33,530 nucleotides of DNA. Source: Rickettsiales bacterium (GTDB lineage: Bacteria; Pseudomonadota; Alphaproteobacteria; Rickettsiales; UBA8987). Positions 5,885-14,404 of the stretch are shown one piece after another. A program made the position numbers and the translations under genes. Positions within the stretch are counted from its first letter, which is position 1. The number at the start of each line of letters is the position of its first letter. The stretch covers positions 1 to 33,530 of the forward strand of contig JANQHP010000040.1 of assembly GCA_028282625.1 (NCBI GenBank), in the 5' to 3' direction. The notes beneath the pieces were generated by a model that saw only the letters and a list, made by a program, of their open reading frames with translations, ran no database searches and was not told the origin of the DNA.

Positions 5885-8800
5885 ATGGCTTCTATTGTAC
5901 TGAATTCTGCGGCAACCTATGTAGGCAACAGCAATCCGCTGTTGAACCTTGGCTTGCGGCTTGCCTCTAAAACGGTAGGCAAGCAGGTGGATAACTGGCT
6001 TTTGGCACGCTTTCAGCCACCCAAAATTGTAGGTTCCAGGCTTTCGGATGTGGCGGTGCAAAGCTCAGCCTATGGTGACATGATGCCGGTGATTTATGGC
6101 AATGCGCGAATTGCGGGCAATATTATCTGGTCGCGTCCGATCAAGGAAACCGCGAGTACAAGCTCTGCCGGGAGTTCTGGTGGTAAGGGTGGCGCCGGAA
6201 CTGCAAGCCGTAGGCAAACCACGTTTTCCTATTCCGTGACGCTTGCCATTGGGCTTTGCGAGGGTCCAATTGATGAGGTAGTACGCATTTGGGCGGATTC
6301 TACTATCATTGATCCGGAGCAGTTGGCGGGATCGTATCGCATCTACCAAGGTGATGAGGCGCAAATGCCTGACCCGGTGATGGAAGGGTTTGAAGGATCA
6401 GGCAATGTGCCGGCTTACCGCGGCATGGCCTATATTGTGCTGGAAGATTTTCCGCTGGAGGAATTTGGTAACCGCGTGCCCAACTTCACTTTTGAGCTGA
6501 AGCGTCGCGTGATGGAAGCAGGCGCAGAGGAAGAGGTGGAAGAGGCAATCCATGAGATGATGGTCATTCCGGGCGCAGGTGAGTTTGTGTATGACACGCA
6601 GGTGCAGCAGAAGCTGGCGGGCAAGGATGTGGGGGGCAACTGGATCCAGCAGGGTGGTTTGCAGGCAATCAACCAGAATAATCTGCACCACAAAGCAGAT
6701 GCCGTGCTGGCGCTGGATCAATTGCAGGAAACCTGCCCGAACCTCACCTGGATTGGGCTGGTGGTCAGCTGGTTTGGCGATAGTTTAGATGCGGGGCAGT
6801 GCATCATCAAGCCGGGTGTGGAGTATACAGAAGGCGCGCATACGCAGCCCGATAGCTGGCAGGTGGCGGGCTACACGCGCGGAACCGCGCATCCTATTTC
6901 CACCGACGAGCAAGGCATTGTGCGCTATGGCGGGACGCCGACCGATGCAAGTGTGCTGCGCCTGATTGCCGAGGCCAAAAACCGTGGGCTCAAGGTGATG
7001 CTTTACCCGATGGTGTTTATGGATTTGCCGGATAAGCCCTGGCGCGGGCGGATGAGTGGTACACCAGTTAATGTGAGTAATTTATTTACAAAAACAGAGG
7101 GTTATGATGCATTTATTATGCATTATGCAAACCTTGTGGGGAGCCAAGTCGATGCCTTCGTGATTGGCTCCGAGCTGATTGGGCTCACCAGCGTGCAGGA
7201 TGTGGATAACAGCTTTCCCGCAGTGGATGCCTTGGTGAATCTAGCCTGGCTGGTGAAGCCGGTGGTGGGGAGCAATGTGACCGTGACCTATGCTGCGGAT
7301 TGGAGTGAGTATCACCACACGACCGGCGGGTGGTATCACCTGGACCCGCTTTGGGCTTCCCCCAATATTGATGTGGTGGGGATCGATGCCTATTTCCCGC
7401 TGACCGATACGCCACAAGAGTCGATTACCGAGCAGGATATCAAGGATGGCTGGACTTCCGGGGAAGGGTATGACTGGATTTATACGGATGAAGCGCGGAC
7501 GATTAAGCAAAATATTGCGCCAGAATATGCGTGGAAAAACATCGAGTGGTGGTGGAAAAACACGCACACCAACCCCGATAGCAGCGTGACAGCCTGGGTG
7601 CCGGAATCGAAGAAGATCTGGTTTACCGAGTTTGGTTTTCCGAGTGTGGATGGGTGTAGCAACCAGCCCAACGTGTTTTTTGATCCCGCCAGTAGTGAGG
7701 GCGCTTTGCCACGTTTTTCCACCGGTTCGATTGATATTCGTGCGCAGCGTATGGCGATTCGGGCCACGCGCGCGGTGTGGAAAAATTCCACGATGATCGA
7801 GCGGCAATTCTTGTGGACGTGGGATGCGCGCCCGTTTCCTTTTTGGCCCGACCTCACCAGCATTTGGGGCGATGGTCCGCTCTGGGCAACCGGTCATTGG
7901 GTGCAGGGCAAGTTTGGCACGTCGGGCCTGGGGTCTATTATCCGCAATTTATGCCAGCGTGCGGGAATCAAGGATGCTGAAATTGACACCTCCCGCTTTA
8001 GCGATCTGGTGGATGGCTATGTGTTGGCCGATCAAACCACCGCCAAGGAGGCCGTGGGCGACCTGCAGCAGGCCTATTTCTTTGATATACAGGACTCCTC
8101 GCCGCTGCTGAGCTTTATGCCGCGCGGCAACCTTCCGATCATCACACTGACAGAAGAGGATTTGGTACCGGATCGCAAAAACAAGTTGCTGCGCCTGATA
8201 CGTGTGGAGGAGAACGAAATTCCGCAGAAGGTGGACGTGAATTATATCCGCAAAAGCTCGGATTATCAGGTGGGCAACCAGCATGCGCGCCGTATTTCTG
8301 GCTACAGCCAGGAGCAGCAGACGCTGAATTTGCCGGTGGTGATGAACGATCAGCAGGCGCGCACGATTGCCGATATTGCGCTTTTTGAGCGCTGGAATAG
8401 CCGCACGCTTTATGTATTCCGCCTTTCTATGCGGCACGCAGCGCTGGAGCCCGCAGATGTGGTGCAGCTGGAGGTGGAAGGCAAAACGCATCTGCTGCGC
8501 CTGGTGCGGACCGAGGTCAAAACGCCGGGCGTGATGGAGGTAGAGGCGGTGATCGAGAATCAGCTGCTCTACCGCAGAAATTATGCACCAAGCTCGGGCG
8601 AGGGGACCTATAGCCTGCCACCAGAAGGCGAGGTGGCCTTGCAGATGCTTGATATTCCTTCGCTCACGCAAACCGATACGCCGCAACTGCATGTGGCCGC
8701 GTGTGGCACGGGCGGCAGGTGGCAGGGTGCTGCGCTCTACCGATCAGACGATACGGGCACAACCTTTCGGCAAAGTGTGGATATTGAGCAGCAGGCAGTA

Positions 8801-9547
8801 CTTGGCAGCGTGGTGGAAGCGTTGCCGCTTGCTTTTGCTTCCCTTGTGGACCGTGGGAGTAGCCTCGAGGTGCTGTTGCTGCAAGGAGAGCTGGAAAGCA
8901 TAAGCGAAGAGGCGGTGCTCAATGGTGCCAATGCCGCGCTGGTGGGCGATGAGATCATCCAGTTTCAAACGGCGACCTATCTGGAAGCGCAGCGTTACCG
9001 CTTGAGCGGGTTTTTGCGCGGCAGGATGGGTACGGAGTGGGCGATGGCTGAGCACAGTGCGGGCGAACGCTTTGTGCTGCTCGATAGCCTGGTGCAGGCG
9101 GTGGAGGTTTCGCCTTCGCTCTTTGGCATTAAGCGGCATTATAAGGCCGCCGCCTTTGGGCAGAGCCTTGAGAGTGCGGCGCTCGTGCCATTTACCTACG
9201 AAGCGCGGACGTTGATGCCTTACGCGCCAGCACATGTGAGGGGCGTGCGCCAGAGCGATGATAGCCTCACAATTCAGTGGATACGCCGTGCACGGGTGCA
9301 GGGCCAGTGGGCCAATGGCATCGACGTGCCGCTGGATGAGGCAAGCGAGCAGTATGAGGTGGATATTTTGGATGGCGGGGGTGCGGTGGTGCGTACGATT
9401 GCGGGGCTTGCGAGCCCTACTTGCAGTTATAGCGCCGCAGAGCAAACGGCGGATTTTGGCAGCGTGCAGGTCAATGTGCGTGTGGTGGTCTATCAAGTAT
9501 CACAGCGAGTCGGGAGGGGTTATGGGACTGAAGAAACCATCAGATAA
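5885..9547 (+). CDS. GTA host-specificity / baseplate multidomain protein (RcGTA g15 position)
   Basis: Uninterrupted 1220-aa ORF. The N-terminus ...GSRLSDVAVQSSAYGDMMPVIYGNARIAGNIIWSRPIKE matches the conserved start of GTA g15 / phage host-specificity proteins. The central region with WFTEFGFPSVDG looks like the GTA TIM-barrel-like glycoside-hydrolase domain. Confidence 0.92.
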   Translation: MASIVLNSAATYVGNSNPLLNLGLRLASKTVGKQVDNWLLARFQPPKIVGSRLSDVAVQSSAYGDMMPVIYGNARIAGNIIWSRPIKETASTSSAGSSGGKGGAGTASRRQTTFSYSVTLAIGLCEGPIDEVVRIWADSTIIDPEQLAGSYRIYQGDEAQMPDPVMEGFEGSGNVPAYRGMAYIVLEDFPLEEFGNRVPNFTFELKRRVMEAGAEEEVEEAIHEMMVIPGAGEFVYDTQVQQKLAGKDVGGNWIQQGGLQAINQNNLHHKADAVLALDQLQETCPNLTWIGLVVSWFGDSLDAGQCIIKPGVEYTEGAHTQPDSWQVAGYTRGTAHPISTDEQGIVRYGGTPTDASVLRLIAEAKNRGLKVMLYPMVFMDLPDKPWRGRMSGTPVNVSNLFTKTEGYDAFIMHYANLVGSQVDAFVIGSELIGLTSVQDVDNSFPAVDALVNLAWLVKPVVGSNVTVTYAADWSEYHHTTGGWYHLDPLWASPNIDVVGIDAYFPLTDTPQESITEQDIKDGWTSGEGYDWIYTDEARTIKQNIAPEYAWKNIEWWWKNTHTNPDSSVTAWVPESKKIWFTEFGFPSVDGCSNQPNVFFDPASSEGALPRFSTGSIDIRAQRMAIRATRAVWKNSTMIERQFLWTWDARPFPFWPDLTSIWGDGPLWATGHWVQGKFGTSGLGSIIRNLCQRAGIKDAEIDTSRFSDLVDGYVLADQTTAKEAVGDLQQAYFFDIQDSSPLLSFMPRGNLPIITLTEEDLVPDRKNKLLRLIRVEENEIPQKVDVNYIRKSSDYQVGNQHARRISGYSQEQQTLNLPVVMNDQQARTIADIALFERWNSRTLYVFRLSMRHAALEPADVVQLEVEGKTHLLRLVRTEVKTPGVMEVEAVIENQLLYRRNYAPSSGEGTYSLPPEGEVALQMLDIPSLTQTDTPQLHVAACGTGGRWQGAALYRSDDTGTTFRQSVDIEQQAVLGSVVEALPLAFASLVDRGSSLEVLLLQGELESISEEAVLNGANAALVGDEIIQFQTATYLEAQRYRLSGFLRGRMGTEWAMAEHSAGERFVLLDSLVQAVEVSPSLFGIKRHYKAAAFGQSLESAALVPFTYEARTLMPYAPAHVRGVRQSDDSLTIQWIRRARVQGQWANGIDVPLDEASEQYEVDILDGGGAVVRTIAGLASPTCSYSAAEQTADFGSVQVNVRVVVYQVSQRVGRGYGTEETIR

Positions 9548-9803
9548 TCAAGAAATAAACGAACTGGCGATGCGGCGCATCATGAAGGAAACGGTGAAGG
9601 AAGCCGTGCACGAGACGCTGACCGGGCTTGGGTTTAACACCGAGCACCCGCACGAGATGCAGGCGGATCTGCGCTATTTGCACAAAACGCGCAAGGGGAG
9701 TGAGTTTTTGGCGCTTCGGGCGAAAACCTCACTGCTAGCCTTTATGGTGCCCACGGCGCTCTATATTTTGTGGGAGGCACTTAAAGAGGGCGTGAAGAAA
9801 TAG
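9522..9803 (+). CDS. small C-terminally membrane-anchored hypothetical protein (93 aa), overlapping the g15 3' end
   Basis: ATG 9522 is preceded by GGGAGGGG (9512-9519). It overlaps g15 by 26 nt in another frame. An amphipathic N-terminal region is followed by one hydrophobic helix (LLAFMVPTALYILWEAL). The ORF-track start at 9258 would put 88 extra codons inside g15. Confidence 0.6.
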   Translation: MGLKKPSDNQEINELAMRRIMKETVKEAVHETLTGLGFNTEHPHEMQADLRYLHKTRKGSEFLALRAKTSLLAFMVPTALYILWEALKEGVKK

Positions 9804-9832
9804 CATGCTTTAGCAGTGGGCATCCAACGTCG

Positions 9833-9861
9833 TTGCCTTTAAGCGCAATTGGCACTATCGT
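9833..9861 (+). promoter_or_regulatory. weak candidate promoter TTGCCT-N17-TATCGT upstream of the membrane-protein gene
   Basis: 4/6 matches in each hexamer with a 17-nt spacer. It is the only such arrangement in the 97-nt spacer. Confidence 0.25.
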
Positions 9862-9900
9862 AGAGCAGAGAAGGGTTATTGTATTAAGGATAGAAGTGTT

Positions 9901-11277
9901 ATGGCAAGTCGTCTTGCACAGCCGGGATTTTGGATCAAAACGCTTCTGTTTCTGCTGGCAGAAGGGGCGCTGATATGGACCTATATCCAAAAGATAGAAC
10001 GCGTGAGCTTTATTTGTAGCCATCGTTCGCTTTATACCCCCTCTTTTACCGCGTTTTGCGACCAGTCGCTCGCACTGCATTATTTGCATTTTTCCCTGCT
10101 TTCCCTGGCACTTGCGCTCTTTTTGTTAGCGCTTTATCTGTTGCCGCTAACCTGGCGGAATATCTGGCGATCGAGCCTATGCTTCTTCGTGGCGCTGTAT
10201 CTTTTGGTTTCCGGCTATTGGGTAATTACCTCTCATATTGCAGACGTGCGCACCTATAGCTATGAGCTGTTCATTACCGCCTTTTATACCTGGATGACGC
10301 TCTGCTTGGTGCTTTTGCTGATCGCGGTATTGTTTCCACCCATTCGACGCGCAGCGGTGATTGTGGCCTTGCTCTTCACCGCAATCGCCACGGTGCTCTT
10401 TACGCTGGAAGGGCGAGGCAGTGTGGAACATATTACCCCGCTACTGGGCGGATTGTTTGCGGATGTATCCTTTTACACCATTCGTCTGAGTGCGCTCTTT
10501 AGCGTATGGATGATGCTTACCGTTGGCGCATTGGCAATTGCTTTAATCTGGTTAGCAAGCCAATGGGTCCGCTCAGGCCATGTAACGGTGCAGCCGGTGC
10601 TTCAAACAGGGAAATATGTGCTGATTGCGATTGCCATTTCAAGCCTGTCCCTTCTTTCCATCCCATTTGGTAATCGCTTGAATCAGAGTGATGTGGCACA
10701 CGCCAAAGGATTTATTGAAACCTTTGTGCCAAAATTGGAGGGTTATTATAGCACCTATGGCCAGTATCCCAAAAATCTGGATCGTTTTTTGGAGTCCATT
10801 ACCTCGGTGCCGCGCTTGATTGATATCTTTGAGTATCTCGCGCATGAGCATGAGGGGTCGTATTATTTAAGCCGACCGCAGAAATATTGCTTTGTGTTCC
10901 TGGATCCGGGGCGGAAGTTTGGCTACCACGCGTACACAAGCGATACCAAAAAATGGCAGTATTTTAGCCCACTGCAATCGCTGGAGAATGAGTATTTAAA
11001 CGTATGCGGCGACGATGGCCCAACTTCACATGAGGCTATTTTAGCCGACCATTTGGGGCTTAAAGGCTTGCACGATCCGCTTGGTCGTCTTGGTGCCGAG
11101 GTGGGTATGGTCACGCCGCCGCCTGGCACACGGCAGTCCACCCAGCGCTTGAAAAACGAACTGCAAAGCCTAGGCCGCCAGGAGCCTTCGATCTACGGCA
11201 CCATTCCAGGAAACACGCAGGAGCTAAGGGCATTGCTGCACCAAAGTCAGGAAAAAGCCGCACCAGTAGAGGAATAG
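9901..11277 (+). CDS. polytopic membrane protein (about 7-8 TM) with a ~190-aa C-terminal soluble domain, function unknown
   Basis: 458-aa ORF with AAGGAT upstream. Hydrophobic segments repeat through residue ~265. The hydrophilic domain then begins AHAKGFIETFVPKLEGYYSTYGQYPKNLDRFL. I recognise no family. Confidence 0.7.
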   Translation: MASRLAQPGFWIKTLLFLLAEGALIWTYIQKIERVSFICSHRSLYTPSFTAFCDQSLALHYLHFSLLSLALALFLLALYLLPLTWRNIWRSSLCFFVALYLLVSGYWVITSHIADVRTYSYELFITAFYTWMTLCLVLLLIAVLFPPIRRAAVIVALLFTAIATVLFTLEGRGSVEHITPLLGGLFADVSFYTIRLSALFSVWMMLTVGALAIALIWLASQWVRSGHVTVQPVLQTGKYVLIAIAISSLSLLSIPFGNRLNQSDVAHAKGFIETFVPKLEGYYSTYGQYPKNLDRFLESITSVPRLIDIFEYLAHEHEGSYYLSRPQKYCFVFLDPGRKFGYHAYTSDTKKWQYFSPLQSLENEYLNVCGDDGPTSHEAILADHLGLKGLHDPLGRLGAEVGMVTPPPGTRQSTQRLKNELQSLGRQEPSIYGTIPGNTQELRALLHQSQEKAAPVEE

Positions 11278-11381
11278 TGCTGCCTCTAATACACACCGCC
11301 AAGCAACAAGCAAATTGACGTATCCGCTTACGAATGCTAAGCACAGTTGCAAGTAGATTCAATCGTGCGAAGGAGGCATGC

Positions 11382-12308
11382 ATGCGCGTCACACGCAAAG
11401 TAAAACAGATTCTTTCTTATTATGAGTCTGACCATCCGGGTGTCAAAGCCAATTTGGCACGTATCTTGATGCATGGGCGCTTAGGTGGCACCGGAAAAAT
11501 GGTTATTTTACCGGTCGACCAAGGGTTTGAACATGGCCCTGCGCGTAGCTTTGCAGCCAATCCCTCTTCGTATGACCCGCATTACCATTTTCAACTGGCC
11601 GTGGATGCGGGCTTAAGTGCCTTTGCCGCGCCGTATGGGATGCTGGCTACGGGTGCTGCCAGCTATGCCGGTGCGGTGCCGCTCATTTTGAAAGTCAACA
11701 GCGCAAACTCCCTTTCGAATATGCCTGAGCCTACCCAAGCGGTCACAGGCACCGTGCGTCAGGCGTTGCAGCTTGGCTGCTCGGCGATTGGCTTTACCAT
11801 CTATCCCGGTTCGGACCATTGCTATGCCATGATGGAACAAATTCGCTTTATGGCAGAAGAAGCACGTGCCTGCGGCTTGGCGGTGGTCATCTGGTCATAT
11901 GCACGCGGTGGCAAGGTAAGTTCCAAGGGAGAAACCTCGATTGATACCATTGCGTATGCCGCGCATATGGCCGCACTCCTTGGCGCGCACATCATTAAGG
12001 TGAAGTTGCAAACCAACCATCTGGATGGGGAAGCAACACAGAAGGTGTATCAGGAACACAACGTTGCGATTAACACACCGGCTGAGCGCGTGGCACATGT
12101 GGTCCAATCTTGCTTTAATGGCAAACGCCTGGTGGTGTTTTCCGGCGGAAGTACCAAGGGCAGCAACGCAGTCTATGATGATGCGCGCGCGATTCGTGAT
12201 GGCGGCGGCAATGGCTCGATCATTGGACGCAACACCTTCCAGCGTCCGCGTGAAGAAGCACTGGCCATGCTGGATAAGATTGTACACATCTATCAAGGCA
12301 AGGCCTAA
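11382..12308 (+). CDS. fbaB: class I fructose-bisphosphate aldolase (FbaB/DhnA type)
   Basis: AGGAGG lies 5 nt upstream of ATG 11382. GRLGGTGKMVILPVDQGFEHGPARSFAANPSSYDP aligns with E. coli FbaB [35 protein letters not shown]. The Schiff-base region IIKVKL is present. Confidence 0.88.
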   Translation: MRVTRKVKQILSYYESDHPGVKANLARILMHGRLGGTGKMVILPVDQGFEHGPARSFAANPSSYDPHYHFQLAVDAGLSAFAAPYGMLATGAASYAGAVPLILKVNSANSLSNMPEPTQAVTGTVRQALQLGCSAIGFTIYPGSDHCYAMMEQIRFMAEEARACGLAVVIWSYARGGKVSSKGETSIDTIAYAAHMAALLGAHIIKVKLQTNHLDGEATQKVYQEHNVAINTPAERVAHVVQSCFNGKRLVVFSGGSTKGSNAVYDDARAIRDGGGNGSIIGRNTFQRPREEALAMLDKIVHIYQGKA

Positions 12309-12341
12309 TTTGCAACGCCCTGACCTGCAAGGGGATACCCA

Positions 12342-13595
12342 ATGATCTGGTTGCTGATTGTGGTGCTGATTATGGCATCGGCCTTTTTCTCGGGCTCTGA
12401 AACGGGCCTCACTGGAGTCTCACGTGCAAAAATCCATCAACTCAAGATGGATGGTTCCAAACGCGCCGCGCAGGTGAGCCTGCTGCGGGAGCGGAAAGAT
12501 CGCCTGATTGGCGCGATCTTGCTCGGCAACAATGCGGTGAATATTGCCGCTTCTGCGCTGGCAACCAGCGTCGCTATTGCTTGGTTTGGTCAGGAAGGCG
12601 TATGGATTGTGACCATTGCCATGACCTTGGTCGTGCTGATTTTTGCCGAAGTGGCGCCTAAAACCTTTGCATTTTACAACTCTGAAAAAGTTGCGCTGGC
12701 CGTGGCACCTATTTTCCTGGTGCTGGTCAAAGTATTTGCACCCATCACGCAGGCCGTGCAGTGGTGTGTGAATGCCGCGTTTCGCATCGTGGGCATCCAA
12801 GTGCAGCAAGATAACGACATGGATGCCACCGATATATTGCGCGGCACTATTGCGCTGCAGCACGATGAAGGGCGTGTGTTTAAAGACGATAAAGACATGC
12901 TTGGCAGCATTTTGGACCTCAACACGGTGGAGGTCTATGAAGTGATGCGTCACCGCAAGCGTATGTTTACCCTCAATATGGATCTGCCACAGCCAGAGCT
13001 CATCGACAAGGTGCTGCAAAGCCCGCATACGCGGATTCCCTTATGGCAGGAAAAGCCAGATAACATCGTGGGGGTATTGCACAGCAAGGATCTGATGCGC
13101 GCGCTGCATAAACAGACGGCACAAGAAACACCCCTTGATATCAAGGGCATTATGCAGACTGCCTGGTTTGTACCGCAAAGCCGTTCGCTTAAAGACCAAT
13201 TGCAGGCGTTTCGGGAAAAGCAGAGCCATTTTGCGCTGGTGGTGGATGAATATGGTGTGTTGCTCGGGTTGATTACGTTAGAGGATATTATCGAAGAAAT
13301 TGTGGGGGATATTGAAGATGAGTATGATCGCCGCCGCGTGAAGATCCGGCAAATGCCCGATGGTTCCTGCCTGGTGGATGGCACGGTTACGGTACGCGAC
13401 CTCAACCGCCATTTGGAGTGGAACTTGCCCGACGATGACGCTGCAACGGTCGCAGGGCTGCTGATTCATGATATTCAGATGATTCCCGATGTGGGGCAGG
13501 TCTTTCATCTGCATGGCTATCGTTTTGAGGTGCTGCGTAAGCAACGCAACCAGATTATGGGCCTTCGGATTAATCGACTTACAAGCGAAGAATAA
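12342..13595 (+). CDS. HlyC/CorC-family transporter-associated protein (DUF21 + CBS pair + CorC_HlyC domain)
   Basis: The N-terminus FFSGSETGLTGVSRAKI is the DUF21 signature. It has 4 TM segments, a central CBS region (VEVYEVMRHRKRM...), and a C-terminal transporter-associated domain (DGSCLVDGTVTVRDLNRHLEWNLPDDDAATVAGLL). Confidence 0.9.
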   Translation: MIWLLIVVLIMASAFFSGSETGLTGVSRAKIHQLKMDGSKRAAQVSLLRERKDRLIGAILLGNNAVNIAASALATSVAIAWFGQEGVWIVTIAMTLVVLIFAEVAPKTFAFYNSEKVALAVAPIFLVLVKVFAPITQAVQWCVNAAFRIVGIQVQQDNDMDATDILRGTIALQHDEGRVFKDDKDMLGSILDLNTVEVYEVMRHRKRMFTLNMDLPQPELIDKVLQSPHTRIPLWQEKPDNIVGVLHSKDLMRALHKQTAQETPLDIKGIMQTAWFVPQSRSLKDQLQAFREKQSHFALVVDEYGVLLGLITLEDIIEEIVGDIEDEYDRRRVKIRQMPDGSCLVDGTVTVRDLNRHLEWNLPDDDAATVAGLLIHDIQMIPDVGQVFHLHGYRFEVLRKQRNQIMGLRINRLTSEE

Positions 13596-13618
13596 CTCTA
13601 ATAAATTATTAATATATC

Positions 13619-13647
13619 TTGACAGAGAGAGGGCAATTTGCTACTCT
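13619..13647 (+). promoter_or_regulatory. candidate promoter TTGACA-N17-TACTCT
   Basis: A perfect -35 hexamer at 13619-13624, a 17-nt spacer, and a weak -10 (3/6). It would give a leader of about 175 nt for the 13830 gene. Confidence 0.3.
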
Positions 13648-13786
13648 TATCCTTGTATTTGTGTTTCTATGCGAATCAAGGCATAGCGTTTTAGCCGTTT
13701 TTACGGCCAACATTGATGGTTGGTTGAAAGCTCTTGCGCTAAAATGTTGTGCTTTGGTTCGTGTGGTATACGCAAATCAAAATATC

Positions 13787-13813
13787 CAAGCAGCTGGTGT
13801 TGCCAGCTGCTTG
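13787..13813 (+). promoter_or_regulatory. perfect 11-bp hairpin abutting the Shine-Dalgarno of the 13830 gene
   Basis: CAAGCAGCTGG (13787-13797) pairs with CCAGCTGCTTG (13803-13813) around a 5-nt loop. No T-run follows. AAGGAG starts 3 nt later. Confidence 0.4.
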
Positions 13814-13829
13814 AAAAGGAGTTCTTAGA

Positions 13830-14216
13830 ATGAAAAGGTTAGGGGCGAAAATGCTCGCCATGCTTATTGTTTTTGCTATCCTGTATGGGATAGGCTGGAT
13901 GCTGTTTCCGGACAAAATGTCCATTTCCTTGGCATCTGACAAACCTGAAACCCGGATCGTCGTCTATGTAGACGACAACTATGACCCAGGGCGAGGATTC
14001 CAGGGCAGTCCTGCCTCGGAGGAGGATAAATGGGTTCAAATTGTCGGAAATTTAACCTGCAAGTGGGAGGATAACGGTAACGGCTCTGGGCATTGCGAAG
14101 AAGAGCCCTACCGTTATCTCCACACCGTGGAGCGGGGCGACGTCTTCTGGAATGGGCCCAAGGGGCCTGAATCCAACGGGTGGGCAGTCTTGCTTGCCCG
14201 CGAACCCGTCAACTGA
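13830..14216 (+). CDS. small exported or membrane-anchored hypothetical protein (128 aa)
   Basis: AAGGAG lies 8 nt upstream of ATG 13830. It has an N-terminal signal/anchor (KMLAMLIVFAILYGIGWMLF) and a hydrophilic Gly/Asp/Glu-rich body with two Cys (TCKWEDNGNGSGHCEE). It is followed by its own terminator. No family could be assigned. Confidence 0.6.
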   Translation: MKRLGAKMLAMLIVFAILYGIGWMLFPDKMSISLASDKPETRIVVYVDDNYDPGRGFQGSPASEEDKWVQIVGNLTCKWEDNGNGSGHCEEEPYRYLHTVERGDVFWNGPKGPESNGWAVLLAREPVN

Positions 14217-14242
14217 GAAACCAACAACCAAACTATCTGAAC

Positions 14243-14281
14243 ACACCGCTTGCCTGAAAGGGCAGGCGGTGTTCGCTTTTT
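14243..14281 (+). terminator. Rho-independent terminator
   Basis: A 12-bp stem (ACACCGCTTGCC at 14243-14254 pairs with GGCAGGCGGTGT at 14261-14272; one G-U pair) has the loop TGAAAG and is followed by TCGCTTTTT. Confidence 0.75.
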
Positions 14282-14404
14282 AGGCAATGCTTTTGTATGC
14301 TTAAAATTTTTGCATCAACATGCATCTTTGATTGCATCGTAAACCGGCTTGTTTTATAACCTTTTGCGGTGTTGGTATACCTTAAAACGGAGCATACATT
14401 TTCC

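Noticed and set aside
7241-9496. Three long minus-strand ORFs (218, 247 and 250 aa) inside g15
   Set aside because: They are Arg/His/Pro/Leu-rich translations typical of the antisense frame of a GC-moderate coding region. The + strand 1220-aa ORF has clear family motifs along its length.
9258-9521. N-terminal 88-codon extension of the small post-g15 ORF (ORF-track start 9258)
   Set aside because: It lies wholly inside g15 in another frame and has Arg/Cys/Trp-rich content. The strong SD GGGAGGGG precedes the internal ATG 9522.
1-9803. Interpretation as an intact or inducible prophage
   Set aside because: No integrase, repressor, replication or lysis cassette, and no att or tRNA boundary, is visible on the right side. 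The g12-g15 signature and the housekeeping flank fit a GTA. The left boundary lies outside the window, so this cannot be fully excluded.
13619-13828. 69-aa ORF starting at TTG 13619 upstream of the secreted-protein gene
   Set aside because: The TTG start is the putative -35 hexamer itself. There is no SD and the composition is Cys-rich and hydrophobic. It more likely lies within the leader region.
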